Below, piece after piece: positions 12,483-23,665 of a DNA stretch of 64,000 bases (the first letter of the stretch is position 1; each line of letters begins with the position of its first letter). The position numbers were made by a program, and so were the translations under genes. Below the pieces are notes generated by a model. That model was not told where the DNA came from, did no database searches, and worked only from the letters and a program-made list of their open reading frames with translations. The stretch lies in NCBI GenBank assembly GCA_002269645.1, contig NIVC01000988.1, positions 186,001 to 250,000 on the forward strand, written 5' to 3'. Source of the stretch: Macrostomum lignano. Its lineage: Eukaryota.

Positions 12483-12868
12483 GTCGGGACTGTTCTCTTT
12501 ATTGGTCCCCTGTTTCTTGGTTGGTGCCCCCTGCCTTACACATGTGTCTTTGGTCTGTTTCCAGGTGCATGCCCGTCTTAGGAGTAGAAGGTTGAGCCCC
12601 ATTTATTTTTTCCAGCTTCGTTATACGTTTTTATTTTTATTTTTGAGAAGCGAGATCAGAATTTTTAAAACCTTTTATGAACGACTTCTGAAATCGACTT
12701 CTCAAAACGACTTTTGAGAGGACACAGAGTAATGTCGCTTGCAAAAATTGGCAAAAAATGAAGTGTTAACCTCGATAATATATTTTTAATCACAGAGTGG
12801 CGAGTTGTTAAAATATTTTGGGAATGCAATGCAATGATTGTGGAGGCGCTCATTTAGAATCGTAACTG

Positions 12869-15350
12869 CTATAGTTGATATGCCAATCTATTGGCAATAA
12901 TAAGTGATACCACAGGCAACAACAGCAGTGTCAGAGGGACCAAATTCAACCGGGGATTTGCCGAATTTGAATGAGACGATAATCCTTTGCCGATGCCCGC
13001 TGACGACAAACTAGCTGACGAAGAGGCTGGGGCTGCGGCCTGTCTGGGTGAGTCCGACTGCTGGAGGTCTGCAGCGTCACGAACTGGAAGTTGGCGGTTG
13101 TATTTTAAACTGAATGACGGTGATGGTTTCTGTGCTGATGCTGATGATGATTAGATCGATGCTTGTGATGATTAGATTGATGGTTGTGATGATTAGATTG
13201 ATGATTGTGATGATTAGATTGATGATTGTGATGATTAGATTGATGATTGTGATGATTAGATTGATGGTTGTGATTATTAGATTGATGATTTTGATGATTA
13301 GATTGATGATTGTGATGATTAGATCGATGCTTGTGATGATTAGATTGATGCTTGTGATGATTAGATCGATGATTGTGATGAATAAATTGATGGTTGTGAT
13401 GATTAGATTGATGATTGTGATGATTAGATCGGTGATTGTGATGATTAGATTGATGATTGTGATGATTAGATTGATGATTGTGATGATTAGATTGATGCTT
13501 GTGATGATTAGATAATTGATAGTTATGATAGATTGATGATGCTGATGATTAGATTGATGATGCTGATGATTAGATTGATGATGTTGATGATTAGATTGAT
13601 GATGTTGATGATTAGATTGATGATGTTGATGATTAGATTGATGATGTTGATGATTAGATTGATGATGTTGATGATTAGATTGATGATGTTGATGATTAGA
13701 TTGATGATGTTGATGATTAGATTGATGATGTTGATGATTAGATTGGTGATGTTGATGATTAGATTGATGATGTTGATGATTAGATTGATTGTTGTGACGA
13801 TTAGATTGATGGATGGTGTTGATCAGTGTGATGATTTTCATGTTGGGGTGATTCATGCTTACAAGAAGCTTTTTTTAAAGAAAGCGATTTTTGGTATGAT
13901 GAATGTAATAAAATAAATAATATTTTGAAGAAATAGAACGAGTTTTGAGAATCTGGAGATATCTAATGAGATACTCAAGTCTAGATCAGCGAGGGAATTT
14001 CGGGGTAATGTTCTAATATGCAGTGACTGTCTGGCAGGACTTAATTGGATAACTATAATTGATTAGATAGTTTTTCTATTACTAAATATGGGATATGAAG
14101 AAGAGATAAAAAATCTCTTGGCTCAGTGGAATGCAAATTTATGCTGCCGCACGGGGACAGCACAAAATCCTCTCTTTTTAAGTCGACTCGAAAGTGGTTG
14201 ACGCACTTGAAACGAAAACGCAAGAAAAAAGTACATTTTAGGCTAACCGTACATGTTTCGTGTATTATCGAAATTATTTTATTTAAATAATTTTGGCAAT
14301 AACCTTGTGCGAGAAACTCGTTAGCTAACAAGTGTTTATACGCTCGTAAACTACTTTGTCTGGCTTTCATTGCTTTCCGGGAAACTAACTGATCATAATA
14401 TTCCAAGAAACTAATCATGCTTTTTCAAGGAACTGATCCTCCATTTCAAAGAAGCCAACAATGCTTTTCCAAGAAACTGGTCCTGCTATTTCCAAGAAAC
14501 TGGTCCTGCTATTTCCAAGAAACTGGTCCTGCTATTTCCAAGAAACTGGTCCTGCTATTTCAAAGAAACTGGTCCTGCTATTTCCAAGAAACAGGTCCTG
14601 CTATTTCCAAGAAACTGGTCCTGCTATTTCCAAGAAACTGGTCCTGCTATTTCCAAGAAACTGGTCCTGCTATTTCCAAGAAACTGGTCCTGCTATTTCC
14701 AAGAAACTGGTCCTGCTATTTCCAAGAAACTGGTCTTGCTGTTTCAAAGAAACAGGTCCTGCTATTTCCAAGAAACAGGTCCTGCTATTTACAAGAAACA
14801 GGTGAATTTTTCGAAAAAAAACTAATCCAATACTATTCCATGATGCTTAACATGAAGATTTTTTCTACACCTGTCCCGATTTTTCAAGAAACTAAGTTTG
14901 GTCTTCTGCTTGCATCGCAAAATACTTGGAGTAGGACACGCATAAGCAGCCCAACAGGCCTTACTAAGCACTCTCAACGTGTGCGTCGCTGTCTCCATGG
15001 TGGCGCCAAATTCTGCCGACCGTTTCAAGCAGACCCATTCGCCGGTGTGTCCCGGTTGGACCAGATCAATTGTGAGCACACTGACCGCAGTGTCGCTGTC
15101 TTCCCAGCTCAAACTGATGTCGACAGCTCCGGGCTCTGTGGTCTGCCTGATGCCTCGATGGTACCACTCGATGCTCAGCCTGCGACTTCCGCGTCTGCCG
15201 TCAGCTGCCGTCATCAGCGCTTTGGCATCGCGACTAGCAAATCTGACAGTACAGGTGAGCGGGAAGTACCGAGTGCCGGAGAAGACTGCCGTGTCTGCGG
15301 AGATGCTCACGCCTGGGTTGGAGTTGTTTGGAGTATATGGTAGATAAATG

Positions 15351-15390
<40 letters not shown>

Positions 15391-18300
15391 TGAGACCCAT
15401 TGTTTTTTCAAAGTTCTCAACAGGTCTGAAGAAGACACTTATCACACTAGCCTACTGCTTTTTAGTGTCAAGAGTAGCATATTAAGCAAAATAAGGATGA
15501 CAGTATCATCCAGAATTTAACAACTTACTCTTAGGCTTTTCTGTACTTCGGTGGATCTGGTCATCTAAAAATAGCCAGACATTTTGGATTTAAAAAAAAT
15601 TACAGTAGGAGTAACCGACACCTAATGTACGAGCGTATGTAGGATGTTACCGAACTAGTAAAAAATTATATAACTCAGATCACCGTTGAGTAAACGCCTG
15701 TCGTAATCTTCCCATGGCTGATTTTTTGCTTCACTTCTGACTGACGGCGGCTCCGACGTTTTCTGTTCCGATTCTAAAAAATATTTTTGAGTTGTGGGTG
15801 CACTGGGTGGCCTTTAGAACTTCGATTTGGAAGAAGCTATTTTTAGATCATGACTCATTCTTCTATTGTCCATATGAGAACTATTTTTAGATCGTGACGC
15901 ATACGCATTCCCTAGCGTGGAAAAGCTATTTTTAGATCGTGACTCATCTCCTATTTATCTGTGTAGCAAAGCTATTTTTAGATCGTGACTCATCCCCTAC
16001 TTATCTGTAGCAGAGCTATTTTTAGATCGCGACTCATCGCCTATTTATCTGCATAGGTTTTTGTAAAAAGACAGTTTATTTACCTATCATTTTTTATTTA
16101 TCTCGTAAAAAGCTAATAAATAGATGTACGTACGTTAGCCACATGACCTGTCATTATCACCTTCAACAATCAGCGCATAATCCTGAACAATTACACCGGT
16201 CTTTAACTCCACCTGGCACAGGTATTGACCAGCGTCGCTTAGTCGAACTCGATCGATAATGAGCAACCATTCGCCCGCAGACCTGGAGACGTTCAGTCGC
16301 ATTCGAGTTTTGTCGGCGGCAAAGAGCAGTGTGTCCACTGTTAGTGGAATGTCACGGCCGTCGTTTCTCATCCAGGTGACCTTTTGGAGTTAATTAGTAT
16401 AGTTAATTTTATGAGGCCTATTAGAGTCTTACACTGAGAGAATTACTTTTAAAAACAGTTGAATCGTTCTAACAAATCTCTAGAGACACACTAGATAGAA
16501 TCTCACCCTGAAGAAAATCTTATGGTAAGAAGCTCAGAGAGAATCTCACTTTGAGAGATATTTTTATTCCAGATAAATCTCTGTTCAGAAGAGTCTCATC
16601 GAGAAGATCTCACCCCAGAAAAATCTCACCCCAGAATAATCTCACCCCAGAAAAATCTCACCCCAGAAGAATCTCACCCCAGAAGAATCTCACCCCAGAA
16701 GAATCTCACCCCAGAAAAATCTCACCCTAGAAGAATCTCACCCCAGAAGAATCTCACCCCAGAAAAATCTCACCCTAGAAGAATCTCACCCCAGAAGAAT
16801 CTCACCCCAGAAGAATCTCATCCCAGAAGAATATCACCCTAGAAGAATCTCACGTCAGAAAATTCTCACCCTAAAGAATCTCACCCCAGTAGAATATCAG
16901 TAAAGACTCAGTAATTCTCAGGAATGAATCTCATTCAGACAGAATTTCCGAAGAATGGCGGATAATAAAGCAGCTTATTCAATTAGAATCAACGGTTTTT
17001 ACGGCCTTCCTGAGTAATTTATTACAGAACCTATGCAAAGCAGCAATTTCAGCATTACCTTTTCAAAGGCACTTCTTTGAGAGAAAGTGACTTCTTATAT
17101 TGTTAACCTATTTGGGTTGAGCCAATTTCTTCAGCACTCCTTGTGCTCCTATCTAAACGCTGACTGCACAAAGAAACAGGAAGTTATTGGGAACGTTTGC
17201 TGGATTTCTCCCATCTCTGTCCTTTTTTTCTTCCCCTGCCATCCTGATGGGCCTCGCTTTCACGTTTCAGGCATTCAGATTTTAAAATGTTGCATTGGTA
17301 TGCAGGTGACCATTAGTAACGGCTTACTTGCTAACTATTTGACAACCCTAATCAAATATTTAACACATTACGAGCTAGTTAACCATTGATCACTCTAGTT
17401 AACCATTGATCACTCTAGTTAGCTATTGATCACTCTAGTTAACCATTGATCACTCTAGTTAACCATTGATCACTCTAGTTAGCTATTGATCACTCTAGTT
17501 AACCATTGATCACTCTAGTTAGCTATTGATCACTCTAATTAACTATTGATCACTCTAATCAATTATTAATTACTCTAATTAACTGTTTGGCATTCTGATT
17601 ACCTATTGATTACTCTAATTAACCACTGATCACTCTAATTAACTATTGATCACTCTAATTAACTATTGAATACTCTAATTACCTATTGATCACTCTAATT
17701 AACCATTGATCACTCTAATTAACCATTGATTACTCTAATTAACCATTGATCACTCTAATTAACTATTGATCACTCTAATCAATTATTAATTACTCTAATT
17801 AACTGTTTGGCATTCTAATTACCTATTAATCACTCTAATTAACCATTGATCACTCTAATTAACCATTGATTACTCTAATTAACCATTGATCACTCTAATT
17901 AACTATTGATCACTCTAATTAACCATTGATTACTCTAATTAACTATTGATCACTCTAATTAACTATTGATCACTCTAATTAACTATTGATCACTCTAATT
18001 AACTATTGATCACTCTAGTTAACTATTGATCACTCTAATTAACTATTGATCACTCTAGTTAACTATTGGTCACTCTAGTTAACTATTGATCACTCTAGTT
18101 AACTATTGATCACTCTAATTAACTATTGATCACTCTAATTAACTATTGATCACTCTAATTAACTATTGATCACTCTAATTAACTATTGATCGCTCTAATT
18201 AACTATTGATCACTCTAATTAACCATTGATCGCTCTAATTAACCATTGATCACTCTAATTTAACTATTTAGCACTCTAATTTAACTATTGATCGCTCTAA

Positions 18301-20787
18301 TTAACTATTGATCACTCTAATTAACCATTGATCGCTCTAATTAACCATTGATCACTCTAATTTAACTATTTAGCACTCTAATTTAACTATTGATCACTCT
18401 AATTAACTAGTTGGCACACTAATTAACTATTGATCACTCTAGTTAACCATTGATCACTCTAGTTAGCTATTGATCACTCTAGTTAACCATTGATCACTCT
18501 AGTTAGCTATTGATCACTCTAATTAACTATTGATCACTCTAATCAATTATTAATTACTCTAATTAACTGTTTGGCATTCTGATTACCTATTGATTACTCT
18601 AATTAACCACTGATCACTCTAATTAACTATTGATCACTCTAATTAACTATTGAATACTCTAATTACCTATTGATCACTCTAATTAACCATTGATCACTCT
18701 AATTAACCATTGATTACTCTAATTAACCATTGATCACTCTAATTAACTATTGATCACTCTAATCAATTATTAATTACTCTAATTAACTGTTTGGCATTCT
18801 AATTACCTATTGATCACTCTAATTAACCATTGATCACTCTAATTAACCATTGATTACTCTAATTAACCATTGATCACTCTAATTAACTATTGATCACTCT
18901 AATCAATTATTAATTACTCTAATTAACTGTTTGGCATTCTAATTACCTATTGATCACTCTAATTAACCATTGATCACTCTAATTAACCATTGATTACTCT
19001 AATTAACCATTGATCACTCTAATTAACTATTGATCACTCTAATTAACCATTGATTACTCTAATTAACTATTGATCACTCTAATTAACTATTGATCACTCT
19101 AATTAACTATTGATCACTCTAATTAACTATTGATCACTCTAGTTAACTATTGATCACTCTAATTAACTATTGATCACTCTAGTTAACTATTGGTCACTCT
19201 AGTTAACTATTGATCACTCTAGTTAACTATTGATCACTCTAATTAACTATTGATCACTCTAATTAACTATTGATCACTCTAATTAACTATTGATCGCTCT
19301 AATTAACTATTGATCACTCTAATTAACCATTGATCGCTCTAATTAACCATTGATCACTCTAATTTAACTATTTAGCACTCTAATTTAACTATTGATCGCT
19401 CTAATTAACTATTGATCACTCTAATTAACCATTGATCGCTCTAATTAACCATTGATCACTCTAGTTTAACTATTTAGCACTCTAATTTAACTATTGATCA
19501 CTCTAATTAACTAGTTGGCACACTAATTAACTATTGATCACTCTAATTAACCATTGATCGCTCTAATTAACTATTGATCACTCTAATTAACTAGTTGGCA
19601 CTCTAATTGACTATTGATCACTGTAATTAACCATTGATCGCTCTAATTAACTATTGATCACTCTAATTAACTATTGATCACTCTAATTAACTATTGATCA
19701 CTCTAATTAACTATTGATCACTCTAATTAACTATTAATCACTCTAATTAACCATTGATCACTCTAATTTAACTATTTAGCACTCTAATTTAACTATTGAT
19801 CACTCTAATTAACTAGTTGGCACACTAATTAACTATTGATCACTCTAATTAACCATTGATCGCTCTAATTAACTATTGATCACTCTAATTAACTAGTTGG
19901 CACTCTAATTGACTATTGATCACTGTAATTAACCATTGATCGCTCTAATTAACTATTGATCACTCTAATTAACTATTGATCACTCTAATTAACTATTGAT
20001 CACTCTAATTAACTATTGATCACTCTAATTAACTATTGATCACTGTAATTAACCATTGATCGCTCTAATTAACTATTGATCACTCTAATTAACTATTGAT
20101 CGCTCTAATTAACTATTGATCACTCTAATTAACTATTAATCACTCTAGTTATCTGCTTCAGTACTTTAATTACCTATTCAATTAATATTTAACTGCGAGC
20201 TTTTTAACATAATTACCAATCTAATTTACTGTTTCATACTGGTTGAAAAGCATTTTCTCGCTGGAGAGCTCAGAGTTGAAAGTAAATATTAGATTAAAGT
20301 TTCATTTCGATGTCAATGAGTTCTTGAGTTTTAACAAAAAGTCGCATTAATTAATCTCACCACTTCCCGGCCGAGATTTCGGACAACGCATAGCAGTGCA
20401 GCTGTCCCGCCCTCCTTCGCCAACACCTTGTACGACACGGAAGTCGGATCGAAGCAGACTCCATCACGAGATGCTCCATCTTTCGGGCACCTCTGAGCTG
20501 CAGCTGTGGAATCGGTTTTTTGTTATATTTTATTTTATTTTTGTTTTTTTTTGTTTTATTTGACTCGGCACTTTTATTACGAGTAACTTTGATTTTAAAT
20601 CGGCGCCACAATTTTGTTTAAACATGATGATTTTTTGATTTGCTACTATTGACTTGACTATTAGGCTATGTGAATGCTGTTCAATCAAGACAAATACAGT
20701 CAAACAGAACCAGCTTATTTTGAGCTATTTACCTAGTCCAGCGCACAGAAGAACATAGACAAGCTTGGTTAAGAAGCTTGTAAACAT
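12869..20787 (-). CDS. Dpr/IgLON-like two-Ig-domain cell-surface protein with signal peptide and GPI-type tail; 5 exons (20787-20733, 20503-20361, 16380-16161, 15312-14965, 13083-12869), ~326 aa
   Basis: All introns are GT-AG with matching phases (1,0,1,1). Signal peptide MFTSFLTKLVYVLLCAGL; Ig1 CFDPTS..KEGGTAALLCVVRNLGREV|VTWMR..WLLIIDRVRLSDAGQYLCQV; Ig2 LTC..IEWYH..GHTGEWVC; C-terminus is S/A-rich followed by hydrophobic LVPLTLLLLPVVSLII. Confidence 0.82.
13110..13810. repeat. Two adjacent 21-bp minisatellite variants (atgattagattgatgattgtg / atgattagattgatgatgttg) in Dpr-like intron 4
   Basis: Direct tandem repeat. Confidence 0.95.
14440..14800. repeat. 23-bp minisatellite (ccaagaaactggtcctgctattt) in Dpr-like intron 4
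   Basis: Direct tandem repeat. Confidence 0.95.
15830..16045. repeat. Degenerate ~40-bp repeat (gctatttttagatcgtgactc core)
   Basis: The core recurs about 5 times. Confidence 0.8.
16600..16895. repeat. 16-bp minisatellite (agaagaatctcacccc)
   Basis: Direct tandem repeat. Confidence 0.93.
17385..20150. repeat. 20-bp AT-rich satellite (aactattgatcactctaatt), ~2.75 kb, with higher-order structure
   Basis: Direct tandem repeat inside Dpr-like intron 2. Confidence 0.97.
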
Positions 20788-21429
20788 TTTCTTCAAATTC
20801 TTCTTTTTTATCAGTTATCTGACGAAAAGCCGTCCACCGCCGTTAGAAATTTCGTATTAGCTATTTGATATTTGAAGTTCAACGAAAGATGGCTGAAAGA
20901 AAACTTAATTGGGTCTTCTCTTCTCTCTCTTTTATTGCCGAGTGCCGCGAGTGGGTCTGCTGACAATGATTTGTAGCGCTGTGCGATGGGTATGAACTCT
21001 TTCTTTCAACCTGATATAGAAGATTGCATTCCAAACAAAAGCAAGAATTTCTACCCTTAACTGCAGCAGATTTGGAGAGAAAATTATAAAAGAATAATTT
21101 GTATTGAATATATATTATTCTCTCGTGGACTGTGGACGGTTTTACACTTTGACAGTTTGAGCCAATCAGCTTTGCTCAGCTCTGCTTTGCTCAGTGGGGT
21201 TGGGTGGAGCAGCTTCTTCGTGAGACTGGCTCTAGCTTGTGGCTTTGATTGTTTTTTTGTTTTTCTTTCAGCACGCGGAATCTACCGATGGTATGGTTAA
21301 ATAAATGTACATTGGCACGAGATTGAAACTGTGAGCCACTGAGTATTGATGCGAAAATAAAGACGCAGTGGCGTGGCCTATCACAGAAATTCTTATTGGA
21401 GGGCTGCAACTCCGATGTGCCGATATTTG

Positions 21430-21585
21430 GTGTCTTGGTGGCGTCCCTGTCTCTTGGTAGCCGTCCCTGTCTCTTGGTGGCGTCCCTGTCTCTTGGTGGC
21501 GTCCCTGTCTCTTGGTGGCGTCCCTGTCTCTTGGTGGCGTCCCTGTCTTTTGGTGCACCGTCCCTGTCTCTTGATGGGCGCTCCT
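21430..21585. repeat. 19-bp minisatellite (gcgtccctgtctcttggtg), inverted relative of the 10.65-12.48 kb array
   Basis: Its reverse complement caccaagagacagggacgc compares with caccaagagacaggggcgc. Confidence 0.9.
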
Positions 21586-23665
21586 TCGTTTGTCTCTTAA
21601 GCCGATGTATGCCACGTCCAATCGATAGCAAAATTTGAGCTCAGCTGTCCTGGTCGAGCTATTCTAGACGTCAAAATCACGTCTTCTGGACTTCCAATTT
21701 TGAAATGAAGCGAGCATGCAGCTTTTCAGGATCATGAAACATCAGATGCATTGCTGTATTATGCGGCAACCTGGCATACGAGTCTGTGGGTCTGTAGACA
21801 CCTGCAGACGATCAGGTAAAATCACGTGACTGACACTTTTTTTAACTTTATGACAGGCTATTTGCATCAATCATTTGATTTTGGCTTTTTTGAATGCATC
21901 GATATCTTTATACAGAATAAACTGCATGATTACCTCTAAAATATATAATATAAATAAAAGGATATATATATAATGCATAAACTTTTATCGAATACAAAAC
22001 CTTGGCATTTGTTTGAAACTGATATAAATCATAATGATGTCAAGACATTGAATTCTTTATTCCTAGGAACATGATTATAATGATTCTGGAGTCAGTGTTT
22101 TTTTGCATGCGAAAACGCTTGGCCCTCCAAGTAGGGCGAGAGCGCCTATTCATATATGGGTTTTCATGACTCACCAACACCAACTCATGTGCGGCCACGT
22201 TGGCATAAAGTCATAAAAGGGGGAGGAAAGTCGGGGGCGCAGAGTACATTTAGTAAGTGTATGCAGGACTGCGGCATGACAATTGCTTTCATGGTTGCGG
22301 TATCAACAGTCTCAGCTAATCAGAAAGTTCGCGATCGGGCCTTTTAACAAAAATAGCCCCGAGCCAATCAGAATTGACATGTTCCGGTATAACAAATCGG
22401 CGGTTTTGGCGGTTATTTAAAATTTTTGGAACCTTTGGGAAACTTACGATTTCCGTCGAGTGACCCGAGTTTCCTTACATCTGCAAAATTCTCTTTAATC
22501 GGATGGCGATATCAAGTTTTATCAAGTTTCAAACTTATAACTTTATAACATTTTCACCGGAACTGATGATTGTCGAGAGTGGGCTGACCTCGGTTTCAAA
22601 GTTTTTTATTGCTTCGTGTTGCACGCGTAAAAGTATTAACATATATTCAACAATATACAATATAATATAATAATAATATTGTTTAATTTTTCATGATATT
22701 TTAGTTCAATTTAGTTGAATAGGATCGATACTACTGATATTTTTGTCGTAAAATTTACATGCTTTATACCCGAACTGTACATAGCTAATATTGAAACTTT
22801 GAATACTGTATACCCAGTAAGTATAACGAATGTCAAAAGAGAACAAATGTGTATTCAAGTGCAGTAAACATTGAAAAATAGGCAACTATTTTGTTTATTT
22901 ATAAACTTTTTAACACGGCAAAGTGACAGGGCACGTCGAAAAATAGAGTAAAGTTATAAAAAAATTAACAAAAAATTAAAAAATATTTTTGCAGTTATAT
23001 TTGTAATCACACAAAAATACAACTGCAGTAAAAATGGGTAGACAGCTTTCACACAATACAGGATCAAATTGTGACAGTTATTTATAGGCACTTTTGCTTG
23101 GTTGGAAAACAACCTGAGAATGTATTCAACCAGAGATTAAAGAAATTAGATACTCACACTTCTAAATAGTTGGTGCACACCTTAATTTTAATTGTTGTAA
23201 CTTTGTTCTTTTGTTTGTAATGTTAGCTGTAAGTCATTTGATAACACTTGATTTACAGCTAATGAATAATAATTCATAATAGCTAATCATAATAATGTCT
23301 TGAATATATTAATAATTTAAAACTTGAAAAAAACAGGAGTTTAATAAACTCAAGATTAAATCAATTTTTTTTAATTTTAAAAAATTAAAAAAAATTGAAG
23401 CTTTAATCGTGCTCTAATAAAAGGTTAGAGCACACGCAATTCTAAGAATTTGAGCATTAAAACGAAACCTTTTTCCTTTGGAGGCAAGTTAAATTTTAAA
23501 CAAAGTGTATGTTACTTGCACACACTACTGGTTTCTTTCTTGCAAGTAGTATCAGTAGAGTAATTTGCATTTTATAAGATTTTAAAAAATCCTACCGTTT
23601 TAAGTCGGACTAGGGCAAAATGTTAGCTGCTTTCGATAACGAAATATCAACGGCGAATCACGCTT

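Noticed and set aside
14053-14418. 121-aa minus-strand ORF inside Dpr-like intron 4
   Set aside because: AT-rich, no domain signature, and the exon phases do not require it
10859-14805. Many repetitive ORFs (WAPLS/RQGRP, NHQHHQS, MIRLM, FQETGP)
   Set aside because: All map onto minisatellites; the same holds for the ORFs at 24593-25162, 26790, 31886-32643, 45297-45834, 53793-54309, 55395-57042, 59154-59656 and 61918-62811
21366-21622. Possible MITE (cagtggcgtggc ... gccacgtccaat) enclosing the 19-bp array
   Set aside because: Only a partial TIR match and no TSD could be found
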